A program made the translations under genes and the position numbers. A DNA stretch of 64,000 nucleotides, from assembly GCA_016124335.1 (NCBI GenBank), contig WGNX01000005.1:411524-475523 (forward strand), given 5' to 3'. The stretch comes from Alphaproteobacteria bacterium (GTDB lineage: Bacteria > Pseudomonadota > Alphaproteobacteria > CACIAM-22H2). The notes beneath the pieces were generated by a model that had not been told where the DNA came from, did not search any database, and worked only from the letters and a program-made list of their open reading frames with translations. Shown one piece after another: positions 26,784-35,963 of the stretch. Position 1 is the first letter of the stretch; each line of letters opens with the position of its first letter.

Positions 26784-27724
26784 GCCATGCACCAGGCGAG
26801 GATGCCCTTCTGAACGTGCAGCCGGTTCTCCGCCTCGTCCCACACGGCCGAGCGCGGCCCGTCAATCACGCCTTCGGTCACTTCCTCGCCGCGATGGGCG
26901 GGCAGGCAGTGCATGAAGATCGCATCGGGCTTCGCACGGTCCATCAGCCGTTCGGTCACCCGGAACGGCGCCAGCAGGTTGTGACGCTTCTCGCGGCTCT
27001 CGCGGTTGCCGTTCTCCTGGTCCATCGACACCCAGGTGTCCGTGACAACCGCGTCCGCACCGGCGATGGCGGCCTCGGGATCGGTCAGCAGCTGGATGCG
27101 TGCGCCCTCGCGCTTGGCCCAGGCGAGCACGTCGCTCGACGGGCGCAGCTGTTCGGGGCAGGCAAGGCGCAGCTCGAAGGCGAAGCGCTTTGCGGCATGG
27201 ATCCACGAGGCGGCGACGTTGTTGCCGTCGCCAGTCCAGGCGACGACCTTGCCTGCGATCTCGCCCTTGCGCTCTTCGATCGTCATGACGTCGGCCATGA
27301 CCTGGCAGGGATGCGAACGATCGGTAAGCCCGTTGATCACCGGCACGGTCGCGTGGCGGACCATCTCGGTCAGGTTCGCGACCTTGTTGGTGCGCAGCAT
27401 GATCGCGTCGCAATAGCGCGACAGCACGCGGGCCGTGTCGGCGATCGATTCGCCGCGGCCAAGCTGCGTGTCGTGATGCGTGAGGATCACGGCTTCCCCG
27501 CCGAGCTGGCGGATGCCCACCTCGAACGAGACGCGCGTGCGCGTCGACGGCTTTTCGAAGATCATCGCGAGCGTCTTTCCGGCGAGCGGCTTTTCCATGC
27601 CGCCGGGCGGGCGCTTGGCCTTGTACGCCGCCCCGAGATCGAGAATGCGCCTGAGCGCATCCGCATCGAGCACGTCGAGATCGAGGAAATGGCGGGGTGT
27701 CGCGGTCATCGTCGTCTCCGTCAT
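26780..27724 (-). CDS. argF: Ornithine carbamoyltransferase.
   Basis: I trimmed the gene to [16 protein letters not shown].... Motifs [13 protein letters not shown] and HCLPA are present. Its start forms an ATGA overlap with the argD stop. Confidence 0.9.
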   Translation of the reverse strand: MTETTMTATPRHFLDLDVLDADALRRILDLGAAYKAKRPPGGMEKPLAGKTLAMIFEKPSTRTRVSFEVGIRQLGGEAVILTHHDTQLGRGESIADTARVLSRYCDAIMLRTNKVANLTEMVRHATVPVINGLTDRSHPCQVMADVMTIEERKGEIAGKVVAWTGDGNNVAASWIHAAKRFAFELRLACPEQLRPSSDVLAWAKREGARIQLLTDPEAAIAGADAVVTDTWVSMDQENGNRESREKRHNLLAPFRVTERLMDRAKPDAIFMHCLPAHRGEEVTEGVIDGPRSAVWDEAENRLHVQKGILAWCMA

Positions 27725-28926
27725 CCGACCTTGCGCGAGGGCGCGCGCGCGCGCAGATCGGCGCACGCGGCGTCGATCTTCTCGATCGCCTCGGCTACAT
27801 GCACGGCCTCGGCGATGAGCGGCGGCAGCAGGCGCATCACGTTGTCGCCGGCACCGGCCGTCAGCAGGCCCTGTTTGCGCACGGCAAGGATCATGTCCTG
27901 GTTCGGCACCTTGCACTTGAGCCCGAGAAGAAGCCCTTGTCCGCGCGCTTCCTCGAACATGTCGGGGTTGCGCGAGACGAGGCCCGCGAGCTGCTGCTTG
28001 AGATGGCCCGAAACGCGCTCGACCTGCTCGAAGAAGCCCGGTGCGAGCATCACGTCGAGCACGGCGTTGCCGGCCGACATGGCCAGCGGGTTGCCGCCGT
28101 AGGTCGACCCGTGCGTACCGGCCGTCATGCCGGCTGCCGCCTTGGCCGTCGCAAGGCAGGCCCCGACCGGGAAGCCGTTGCCGAGCGCCTTGGCGACCGA
28201 CATCACGTCCGGCGTCACGCCCGACCACTCGTAGGCGAAAAGCCTGCCCGTGCGGCCCATGCCCGTCTGGATTTCGTCGAAGAAAAGCAGCAGGCCGTTG
28301 GCGTCGCAAAGCTCGCGCAGGAGCTTCAGGAACTCGACCGGTACGGGCCTGACGCCGCCTTCGCCCTGGATGGGCTCGATAAGAATGCCTGCGGTCGCAG
28401 GGCCGATGGCCGCCTTGAGCGCCGCCTCGTCACCGAACGGGACCTGGTCGAATCCGTCGGCCTTCGGGCCGAAACCTTCGAGATATTTCTGCTGGCCGCC
28501 GGCCGCGAGCGTGGCGATCGTGCGCCCGTGGAACGCACCTTCGAAGGTGATGATGCGGAAGCGCTCGGGATGGCCGTGATGCGCGTGGTACTTGCGCACG
28601 AGCTTGATGCCGCATTCGTTGGCTTCCGCACCGGAATTGCCGAAGAAAACCGTATCGGCAAATGTCGATGCGACCAGCCGTTGGGCCAGCTTTTCCTGAA
28701 GCGGGATCGGGAAGATGTTCGAGGTGTGCCACACCTTGTGCATCTGCGCCCCCACCTCCTTCACGAGATGCGGGTGCGCATGTCCAAGACCGGTTACCGC
28801 AATGCCGCAGGCGAAGTCGAGATAGCGTCGCCCGTCGGTTCCCCAAAGATACGGGCCTTCGCCGCGCTCGAAGCCCACTTCGGCGCGCGCATAGGTCGGC
28901 ATCACGGCGGGGAATGCGGTCGACAC
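27721..28926 (-). CDS. argD: Acetylornithine aminotransferase.
   Basis: The 401-aa ORF is a class-III aminotransferase ([23 protein letters not shown]). It starts at a GTG preceded by a GAGGAGGAG Shine-Dalgarno sequence. Confidence 0.9.
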   Translation of the reverse strand: MSTAFPAVMPTYARAEVGFERGEGPYLWGTDGRRYLDFACGIAVTGLGHAHPHLVKEVGAQMHKVWHTSNIFPIPLQEKLAQRLVASTFADTVFFGNSGAEANECGIKLVRKYHAHHGHPERFRIITFEGAFHGRTIATLAAGGQQKYLEGFGPKADGFDQVPFGDEAALKAAIGPATAGILIEPIQGEGGVRPVPVEFLKLLRELCDANGLLLFFDEIQTGMGRTGRLFAYEWSGVTPDVMSVAKALGNGFPVGACLATAKAAAGMTAGTHGSTYGGNPLAMSAGNAVLDVMLAPGFFEQVERVSGHLKQQLAGLVSRNPDMFEEARGQGLLLGLKCKVPNQDMILAVRKQGLLTAGAGDNVMRLLPPLIAEAVHVAEAIEKIDAACADLRARAPSRKVG

Positions 28927-28980
28927 GTGGAACGACTCCTCCTCTGTCGGGCCGCCAGGCTGGCGGCTCGGTAAACGACC

Positions 28981-29009
28981 AGTATTCCGGCACCCCCCGG
29001 AAAAGTCAA
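28981..29009 (-). promoter_or_regulatory. Candidate sigma-70 promoter of argD-argF-hslO.
   Basis: On the minus strand the sequence reads TTGACT-N17-AATACT. It lies about 55 nt upstream of the argD GTG and directly downstream of the only strongly AT-rich stretch in the window. Confidence 0.35.
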
Positions 29010-29049
29010 ATACAGGCCGGAATTCTTATTATATTTCAAATGCTTGATA

Positions 29050-29508
29050 TTAAAGAAATGTCCCGTCGGGGCGATGGACCTGAATAAGGACGAGCAGGTT
29101 TTCGACCGCCTCGTCGGTCCCGAGCGGCAGCACGACACGCCACCAGCCAAGGCCCCCGCCATCGTCGCCGGCTTCAGGACCAGAATGGTGCGCGAAGAGC
29201 GGCCCGCGCCGCGCGACGGCGTCGCGATACCCCGCTTCCCAGATCCGCGCGCGCGGCGCCTCGATTTGCGAAAGCAGCATGCCCGTGTAATCCCGCCGGG
29301 GCACGCCCATGGTCGCGTTGCCATGAACGGCGAAGCGGAAGTCGCCCTCCATCACATCGACGAGGTGCAGCCGCCCGAGCCAGGGGACCAGTTCCTCGAA
29401 AAGGATGTCGCGGCGGTTCGGCCACGCGCGCGCGCCGGCCTTTTCGCGCCACAGCGCCACAAGCGCACGCATGTGCGCCGGCAGGTCGCTTTCAGCGATG
29501 GCCGCCAT
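29050..29508 (-). CDS. Stand-alone PAS-like protein (resembles the PAS_5 family).
   Basis: The 152-aa ORF follows the pattern W..K....WP.R.DI.FEEL.PWL..LHLVDV...DFRF..HG......G.DYTG, then LPLG at the end, as in the small alphaproteobacterial PAS_5 proteins I recall. Confidence 0.65.
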   Translation of the reverse strand: MAAIAESDLPAHMRALVALWREKAGARAWPNRRDILFEELVPWLGRLHLVDVMEGDFRFAVHGNATMGVPRRDYTGMLLSQIEAPRARIWEAGYRDAVARRGPLFAHHSGPEAGDDGGGLGWWRVVLPLGTDEAVENLLVLIQVHRPDGTFL

Positions 29509-30312
29509 CTACGCGCGAAGGTTATAGCCGCGCCGGAACATCTGCAGGCAGAGCGTGCCCAGGGCGGCATTGGTCGCAATCAGCACGGCCGCACCGATCC
29601 ACGGATGGGCGTCGGCATGGCCGATGAAGCCGTATCGGAATCCGTCGATCATGTAGAAGAACGGATTGAAGAGCGCGATCACGTGCCACGGATCGGGCAG
29701 TCGGTCGATCGTATAGAAGGTGCCGGAAAGGAATGCGAGCGGGGTCACGACAAAGTTCGTGACCGCCGCGATATGGTCGAATTTTTCCGACCAGACGCCG
29801 CCGGCAATGCCGAGCAACGACAGGAGCGTCGATGCCATGACGCCGTTGAAGACGATCCAGCCGATCGCATGGACGTGCATGGGCACGAAAGGTGCCACAC
29901 AGATCGCGGTGACGCCGCCGACCACGATGCCGCGAACGATTCCGCCAGACGCGAAGCCGACGACCAGTTCGCTCGCCGAGAGCGGCGGCATCAGCGAATC
30001 GACGATGTTTCCCTGAACCTTCGCGATCACGATCGAACTCGACGTGTTGGCAAAGGCGTTCTGCGTCATCGCCATCATGATCAGGCCCGGCGCCAGAAAT
30101 TCCGAGAATGGGATGCCGCCGACGGCGGGTGCCGCGGACGAGCCAAGCGCAAGGACGAATACGGCCAGGAACAACAGCGTGGTGACGACGGGCGCCGCAA
30201 CGGTCTGCGTATAGACCTTGGCGAAACGGCGGACTTCGCGAAGGACGAGCGTGCGCAGGCCGAGCCAGTTCACGGCGCCATACCGGCGGGGCGGGAGGGG
30301 AGCGTGTTTCAT
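29509..30312 (-). CDS. ABC-2 type transporter permease (YadH-like).
   Basis: I trimmed the gene to MKHAPLPPRRYGAVNWLGLRTLVLREVRRFAKVYTQT.... It has six predicted transmembrane helices with an ABC-2 layout. No ATPase gene is adjacent. Confidence 0.85.
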   Translation of the reverse strand: MKHAPLPPRRYGAVNWLGLRTLVLREVRRFAKVYTQTVAAPVVTTLLFLAVFVLALGSSAAPAVGGIPFSEFLAPGLIMMAMTQNAFANTSSSIVIAKVQGNIVDSLMPPLSASELVVGFASGGIVRGIVVGGVTAICVAPFVPMHVHAIGWIVFNGVMASTLLSLLGIAGGVWSEKFDHIAAVTNFVVTPLAFLSGTFYTIDRLPDPWHVIALFNPFFYMIDGFRYGFIGHADAHPWIGAAVLIATNAALGTLCLQMFRRGYNLRA

Positions 30313-30380
30313 GCGCCCGGGAACATAGGGTCGCCCGCCGCCGCTCGCAATCGCACGCTTGGCATGGCAAACAGGCGCGA

Positions 30381-30923
30381 ATGGCAAACCGTCGGCCACC
30401 CCCCGTTCCGACCCCCGAGCGGCTCGAAAAGGCTGCATTGCGCTATCTCGAGCGATATGCCGCTTCGGCCGAAGGCGTGCGCCGGGTCCTGACCCGATCG
30501 GTCGAGCGCGCGGTACGCGCAGGCGTTGCCGAGCGTGAGCCCGCCCTTGCGGCCGTCGATTCGGTCGTCGCCCGACTTCTCGACCGCCGCCTCCTCGACG
30601 ACCGGCGCTTTGCGGAGGGGCGGGCAGCGAGCCTTGCGCGAAAGGGGTTGCCACGCGTGCGCATCGCCCAGCGCCTGCAGATGTCCGGCGTGGGCGCCGA
30701 CGACGTGGCAGGTGCACTGGAGGAGCTTGCCGAAAGCGGCATCGACGACCCCGCAGCGGCGGTCCTGTTCGCAAGACGAAAGCGGCTGGGGCCGTTCGCC
30801 GATCCATCGCGACGTGCGGCCCTGCGCGAACGCCATCTTGCGACGATGGCCCGCGCGGGTTTTTCACTCGACCTCGCGCGTCGCGTCGTCGATGCGGAAA
30901 ATCCCGACGAAATCGAAACGTGA
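30381..30923 (+). CDS. recX: RecA regulator RecX.
   Basis: The 180-aa ORF shows a repeated three-helix pattern and a typical opening (LEKAALRYLERYAASAEGVRRVL...LLDDRRFAEGRAASL). Confidence 0.8.
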   Translation: MANRRPPPVPTPERLEKAALRYLERYAASAEGVRRVLTRSVERAVRAGVAEREPALAAVDSVVARLLDRRLLDDRRFAEGRAASLARKGLPRVRIAQRLQMSGVGADDVAGALEELAESGIDDPAAAVLFARRKRLGPFADPSRRAALRERHLATMARAGFSLDLARRVVDAENPDEIET

Positions 30924-31000
30924 ACCGATCCGCGCGCGCCAGCCCCGAGTCGTGTTAAATTATCCGAAATCGGTCCCCCCAACGATTTTCCGATGGAATC

Positions 31001-31819
31001 ATGATCGAGCCAGCCACGCCCCGCGACGAAGCCAAGCGTCTGGCGGCGCTGCACGCGCTGGGCATCCTCGACAGCAAGCCCGAAGCGGCGTTTGAGGCCG
31101 TCGTCGAGTTGACGAAAGCGCTGCTCGATGTGCCGATGGCGCTCGTCTCGCTCGTCGATCGCGACCGCCAATGGTTCATGGCCAAGGTCGGGTTGGCGGC
31201 GAGCGAGACGTCGCGCTCGGTTTCGTTCTGCGCCCACGCGATTCACGAACCGGAAGTCTTCGTCGTTCCGGACGCGACGTTCGATCCGCGCTTCCACGAC
31301 AATCCGCTGGTCGTGGGCGAACCCCATATCCGATTTTACGCCGGTTTTCCGCTGCAACTGCCGTCGGGCGAGCGGATCGGCACGCTTTGCGCGCTGTCGC
31401 CGGTGGCACGCGAGAATTTCGACGGTGTCGGCCGCACGCGGCTGCGCCTTCTGGGCGGCATGGTGCTCGATGCGATCGAGCTGCGCACGAAGCGCGCGGA
31501 GCTGTCGCGCGCGCGGGCCACGCTCAACCGGCACGACATGTTGCTGCACGCGTTGAGCCGGCCGGTTGCCTTCACCGGTCCGGATGGGCGCATCGAAACG
31601 TGCAATGCGGCATTTGCGCTGGTCGCTGGCGGTACCGATCCGGTCGGCCGACCGGTTGCCGATGCGCTGCGCCTGCCGCCGGGCGCATGGGCGCCCGCTA
31701 CCGAGAGCGCGGTTGCCGGCCGCATTGCCCGGATCGAGGGTGTGGGGCTTCCCGTCGGCTTTGCCGTTCACGGCGCGCCCGACGGGTACGCCTTTATCGG
31801 CGATCTCACGAAGGCGTAG
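31001..31819 (+). CDS. GAF-domain protein with a C-terminal PAS-like segment and no recognisable output domain.
   Basis: The N-terminus is typical of GAF sensor modules (DEAKRLAALHALGILDSKPEAAFEAVVELTKALLDVPMALVSLVDRDRQWF...FCAHAI). The C-terminal ~100 aa are PAS-like (VAFTGPDGRIETCNAAF). Confidence 0.8.
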   Translation: MIEPATPRDEAKRLAALHALGILDSKPEAAFEAVVELTKALLDVPMALVSLVDRDRQWFMAKVGLAASETSRSVSFCAHAIHEPEVFVVPDATFDPRFHDNPLVVGEPHIRFYAGFPLQLPSGERIGTLCALSPVARENFDGVGRTRLRLLGGMVLDAIELRTKRAELSRARATLNRHDMLLHALSRPVAFTGPDGRIETCNAAFALVAGGTDPVGRPVADALRLPPGAWAPATESAVAGRIARIEGVGLPVGFAVHGAPDGYAFIGDLTKA

Positions 31820-31825
31820 CGGCGG

Positions 31826-32344
31826 ATGCGACGTGTTTTCGACATCCATGTGGACGGCCTCGAGGCGCCGATGCGGGTCGTCTCCAATCCGGTCGATGAG
31901 GATCTGCTCGATGCGCGCGAGCGCGCGATGCTCAAATCCTGGCGGAACGCGACGTTCAAGCGCGGCGGCGGCATCCCGCGTCGCGGCGAGCTTTCGGGTC
32001 CGCTGATCGACGATCTGGCCGCGAACCTGATGGATCTTCATCTGCTCCCCGACGGGGATTTCCTTTATGCACGTTGCGGCCGGGCGGTCGCGGCGGCGTT
32101 TGGATCGGACGTCACGGGGCGCCGGACCAGCGAATTGCCGACGGCGATCGCCAGGGTTTTTCTGAGCGTCTACCGGCTCGGGCTCAAGCATCCGATGCCG
32201 TATTCCACGCGCCACCGCTCGCCGCACGATCGCGTCGGGCATTGGCATCGCCTTATTCTGCCCGTCGCACCCGAGCTGACCGAGGGTGCGCGCGGCTATC
32301 TCGTTTGCAGCCTGCCGATCGGCGACCGGACGAACGCAAACTAG
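31826..32344 (+). CDS. Stand-alone PAS-like protein (PAS_5-like), the second copy in the window.
   Basis: The 172-aa ORF begins 6 nt after the GAF gene. Its pattern is W.....RGGGIPRRGEL...LIDDLAANLMDLHLLPDGDFLYARCG...G.DVTGR, then LILPV. Confidence 0.6.
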   Translation: MRRVFDIHVDGLEAPMRVVSNPVDEDLLDARERAMLKSWRNATFKRGGGIPRRGELSGPLIDDLAANLMDLHLLPDGDFLYARCGRAVAAAFGSDVTGRRTSELPTAIARVFLSVYRLGLKHPMPYSTRHRSPHDRVGHWHRLILPVAPELTEGARGYLVCSLPIGDRTNAN

Positions 32345-33273
32345 GCATCGTTCCACACGACATAGCCGTCGCCGCGGTGGCCGAAGTCGCACAATTCCGG
32401 ATGCAGGATTTCGGCAAGGATCTCGAGCGATTCGACCAGTCGCGGGCCGGGCCGATTGAAATAGCTGTCGCCGTCGGCAACGACGACACGTCCCTTCAGC
32501 GAACGCCACCAGCCGCTTTGCGCGAGGGCGTCCAGTTCGGTTCGTGCACGGGCGAGGCCGAAGCCGCAGGGCACGACGAGCACCATGTCGGGCCCGCAGC
32601 CGGCAATCGCGTCTGGTTCCAGCCATGGGGAATGCTTGCCTGCTTCCCCGAAGACGTTTTCGCCGCCGGCCATCGCGACAAGCTCGGGCATCCAATTGCC
32701 GCCGGCCATTGGCGGATCGAGCCATTCCAGCGTCAGGACACGCGGGCGCGTGTTTGCGCCCGCACAGCGGCGCGCGATCTCCTCCATCTGCGCACGCATC
32801 TGGGCGGTGAGGGAGATGCCTGCCTCGCCGCGCCCGAGCGTATCGGCGATGCGCTCGATGTCGCTGAAGACATCGGCAAGCGAGACGGGGTTGAGTGCGA
32901 GGATGCGCGGTGTCGCACCCGTCCATTGCGCGAGTGCCGCTTCGAGATCCGCTGGCGTCACGGCGCAGACATCACACAAGGTTTGCGTGACGATCAGATC
33001 GGGCGCCTGCGTGCGGATCGTGTCGGCGTCGAGACGGTAGATCGACAGCGCCGCTTCGATCCGCGCGCGGATCTCGGTATTGATGGCGGCCGACGGGCGG
33101 GCCGGGTCGATGCGCGGCGACGTGACGGCCGGAACCGCCTTGATTCCCGCCGGAAAATCGCAGGCATGGCTTCGCGCGACGAGCGAACCTGCGGCACCCA
33201 GCGCGGCGATGATTTCAGTCGCCGAAGGAAGCAGCGAAACGACACGCATGGGCGCCCTGAGGGCGATCGACAT
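32341..33273 (-). CDS. BtuF/FhuD-like (class III) periplasmic-binding-protein fold protein without a signal peptide.
   Basis: I trimmed the 762-aa track ORF to MSIALRAPMRVVSLLPSATEIIAALG...; an alternative start is the ATG at 33249 (MRVVSLLPSATE). The motifs LLPSATEI and DLIVTQ are typical of cobalamin/siderophore binding proteins. No hydrophobic leader is present. Confidence 0.75.
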   Translation of the reverse strand: MSIALRAPMRVVSLLPSATEIIAALGAAGSLVARSHACDFPAGIKAVPAVTSPRIDPARPSAAINTEIRARIEAALSIYRLDADTIRTQAPDLIVTQTLCDVCAVTPADLEAALAQWTGATPRILALNPVSLADVFSDIERIADTLGRGEAGISLTAQMRAQMEEIARRCAGANTRPRVLTLEWLDPPMAGGNWMPELVAMAGGENVFGEAGKHSPWLEPDAIAGCGPDMVLVVPCGFGLARARTELDALAQSGWWRSLKGRVVVADGDSYFNRPGPRLVESLEILAEILHPELCDFGHRGDGYVVWNDA

Positions 33274-33375
33274 TCGCAGCCACTCCCTTTGACAGCCCGT
33301 TCGCGAGCCGGTCATATAGTCCCACAAGCCGCCGGGGCCGCAAGCCGCCCCGCAACAGACACGAGGAACGCCGCC

Positions 33376-34407
33376 ATGATCCGCCTGTCGCGCCGCGCTG
33401 CCGTCGCCGGAGCGTTTGCCACAATTTCTGCGCCAGCCGCCCTTCGCGCGCAGACGCTGCGCAAGACATCCGTCGGCGTGCTGCGACTGTCCTCGTCCGG
33501 CCCCGTTTTCATCGCCGCGGAGCGTGGCTACTGGCGCGAGGCGGGGCTCGATGTCGAGCTCAAGTTCTTCACCGCTGCCCAGCAGGTTCCCGTTGCCGTC
33601 ACGTCGGGCGATGCGGAATTCGGCGTGACCGGGCTTACGGCGTCCTTCTTCAATCTTGCGGGCAAGGGTGCGCTCAAGATCATCGCGTCGCAAAGCCGCG
33701 AAGCGAAGGGCTTCCCGCTTGTCGCCTACATGGTGACGAACGCCGCCTACGACAAAGGCTTCCGATCGGTGCGCGATTTCGCGGGCAAGCGCGTCGGCAT
33801 CACGACGACCGGTTCGACTTTCCACTACGAGCTTGGCCTGCTCGCGAAGAAGTACGGGTTCGAGCTTTCCAGCGTCACGCTCGTGCCGCTGCAGACGCTT
33901 CCCAACATGCAGGCTGCCTTCAAGGGCGGGCAGGTGGACGCGATCCTTGCGCCCGTCACGCTCGCGCGTGCGCTGACGGCCGACAATTCCGGCAAGGTGC
34001 TCGCTTGGGCGGGCGACGAGACGCCCTGGCAACTTGGCGCGCTGTTCACCAGCCCGCGCGCGATCGCCGAGCGTCGCGATCTGGTCGAGCGTTTCGTGCG
34101 CGGCTATCTGCGCGGGACGGCCGATTTCAACGCCGCCTTCAACCAGCGCGACGCCGCCGGCAAGGAAGTTCATGGCACCAACTTCGCCGAGACGATCGGC
34201 GTTGTGGCGCGCGCGGTCCAGCAGTCGCCCGAACTGGTCGCCGTTGGCCTGCCGTTCGTGGACGCGCTGGGGCGGCTGGATGTCGGCGACATCTACAACC
34301 AGATCGCCTTCTGGCAGCAGGCCGGCCTTGTTGGCCGCGATGTCAATGGCAGGGAAATCGTCGATCTTTCGTTCGTGCGCGGCCATCTGAACGTTCCGAA
34401 GAGCTGA
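33376..34407 (+). CDS. NMT1/THI5-like ABC substrate-binding protein (nitrate/sulfonate/bicarbonate family).
   Basis: I trimmed the 777-aa track ORF to MIRLSRRAAVAGAFATISAPAALRAQT..., which has a signal peptide. The body resembles the SsuA/TauA/NMT1 family. Confidence 0.85.
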   Translation: MIRLSRRAAVAGAFATISAPAALRAQTLRKTSVGVLRLSSSGPVFIAAERGYWREAGLDVELKFFTAAQQVPVAVTSGDAEFGVTGLTASFFNLAGKGALKIIASQSREAKGFPLVAYMVTNAAYDKGFRSVRDFAGKRVGITTTGSTFHYELGLLAKKYGFELSSVTLVPLQTLPNMQAAFKGGQVDAILAPVTLARALTADNSGKVLAWAGDETPWQLGALFTSPRAIAERRDLVERFVRGYLRGTADFNAAFNQRDAAGKEVHGTNFAETIGVVARAVQQSPELVAVGLPFVDALGRLDVGDIYNQIAFWQQAGLVGRDVNGREIVDLSFVRGHLNVPKS

Positions 34408-34408
34408 A

Positions 34409-35182
34409 GTGCGCCTCGTCTGCGAAAGCGTCGGGCACAAATACGGCGCGCTCGACGTTCTCGACGGCATCGGGCTTACCGTTGCCGACGGCGAGTGCCT
34501 TGCCGTCGTCGGGCCTTCCGGCTGCGGCAAGTCCACGCTGCTGGGGATCATGGGCGGGCTTGTCGAGCCGACCGCTGGCCGCGTCTTTGTCGAAGGTGCG
34601 GCACCGGCCGGCTCGCTCAATCCGATCACCTATGTCTTCCAGGATTTCGCGCTGCTGCCGTGGCGAAGCGTTGCATCCAATGTGGCGCTGGCGCTGGAGC
34701 ATCATCCGCTCGACGCACAGGTGCTTGCGGCGCGCGTCGACGATGCGCTGGCCCGCACCGGTCTTCGCGAATTCCGGGACGCTTTCCCAAAACAGCTTTC
34801 CGGCGGCATGCGCCAGCGCGTGGGAATCGCGCGCGCGCTTGCCGTTGCGCCCGCGGTGCTGCTGATGGACGAGCCGCTTTCGGCCCTCGATGCGCAGACG
34901 CGCGAACTGCTGATGGAGGATTTCCTGGCGCTGTGGCTCGCCGCGCGGACCACGTCGGTTTATGTCACGCACAATCTGCACGAGGCGTTGCGGCTGGCCG
35001 ACCGGATCTGCGTGCTGTCGCGCCGGCCGGGCCGGATCAAGCAGATCGTCGGTGTCGGCGTGCCGCAGGCCGATCGCGCCTTGCCGGCCGCGGCCAGGGC
35101 GATGGCGGAACTTGCCGAGCAACTGTGGCATGCCGTGCGTGCCGAAGCGGTCGACGCCGAACGCGAGGTTGCCGATGGCTGA
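34409..35182 (+). CDS. ABC transporter ATP-binding protein (NitT/TauT family).
   Basis: Walker A (GPSGCGKST), the signature sequence (LSGGMRQRVGIARAL) and Walker B (LLMDEPLSALD) are present. The gene starts at a GTG 1 nt after the binding-protein stop. Confidence 0.9.
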   Translation: MRLVCESVGHKYGALDVLDGIGLTVADGECLAVVGPSGCGKSTLLGIMGGLVEPTAGRVFVEGAAPAGSLNPITYVFQDFALLPWRSVASNVALALEHHPLDAQVLAARVDDALARTGLREFRDAFPKQLSGGMRQRVGIARALAVAPAVLLMDEPLSALDAQTRELLMEDFLALWLAARTTSVYVTHNLHEALRLADRICVLSRRPGRIKQIVGVGVPQADRALPAAARAMAELAEQLWHAVRAEAVDAEREVADG

Positions 35183-35963
35183 CCGGCGGCCCGTTCCCTT
35201 CCGCGGCGGCGGCTTTTCGCCGATACCCGTTCGCCATGCCGCCGCGATCGGGTTTGCGGTCCTGCTGGCGTTATGGGAATTCGCGGTGCGCCACGGGCTC
35301 GTTTCGCCGCTATTCCTTCCCGCACCCACCACGGTCGTGGCGGCGCTGGGTGATCTTTGGACGGCGGGCACGCTCTGGCAGCACGTTTCGGAAAGCCTCG
35401 TTCGGCTGATCGGCGGATGGTGCCTTGGCACGCTGGCCGGGCTCGCCGCCGGGCTTGCGATGGGCGTTTGGTCGCTGGGCCGCGCGGTCGGTGTGCCGCT
35501 TGTCTCGGCGCTGTTTCCGATCCCGAAGATTTCGCTGCTGCCGCTGCTGATCCTGTGGCTCGGGATCGGCGAAGCCTCGAAGATCGCGACGATCGCGCTT
35601 GGCGTGTTCTTCCCGACGGTGATTGCGACCTATTCGGCGATCGATGCGGTGCCGCGCAATCTCATCCGGATGGCCCAGAGTTTCGGCCTGCCTGCGCGCG
35701 ACGTGCTGCGCAAGATCGTGCTGCCGGGTGCGCTGCCGGGCATCCTCGCCGGCTTCCGGATCAGCACGTCGATCGCGCTGATCCTGCTCGTTTCGGCCGA
35801 GATGATCGGGGCACAGTACGGGATCGGCGCTTTTGTCCTGCAGGCGGGCAACCTGATGCTCACCGACCAGCTTCTGGCGGGCGTGCTGCTGATATCGCTG
35901 CTCGGGCTGGCGATCGGGACCGGGCTGACGCAACTGGAGCGCCGTTTGCTGCGCTGGCGCTGA
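35175..35963 (+). CDS. ABC transporter permease (NitT/TauT family).
   Basis: I trimmed the gene to MADRRPVPF...; it overlaps the ATPase gene by 8 nt. It has a BPD-type permease core (LPLLILWLGIGEASKIATIALGVFFP). Confidence 0.9.
   Translation: MADRRPVPFRGGGFSPIPVRHAAAIGFAVLLALWEFAVRHGLVSPLFLPAPTTVVAALGDLWTAGTLWQHVSESLVRLIGGWCLGTLAGLAAGLAMGVWSLGRAVGVPLVSALFPIPKISLLPLLILWLGIGEASKIATIALGVFFPTVIATYSAIDAVPRNLIRMAQSFGLPARDVLRKIVLPGALPGILAGFRISTSIALILLVSAEMIGAQYGIGAFVLQAGNLMLTDQLLAGVLLISLLGLAIGTGLTQLERRLLRWR

Noticed and set aside
29010-29049. An enterobacterial-type ARG box (ArgR operator) upstream of argD.
   Set aside because: TGAAAT...GAATTC elements are present, but the spacing and symmetry do not fit the 18-bp TNTGAATWWWWATTCANW consensus. 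I keep it only as an unspecified AT-rich candidate site.
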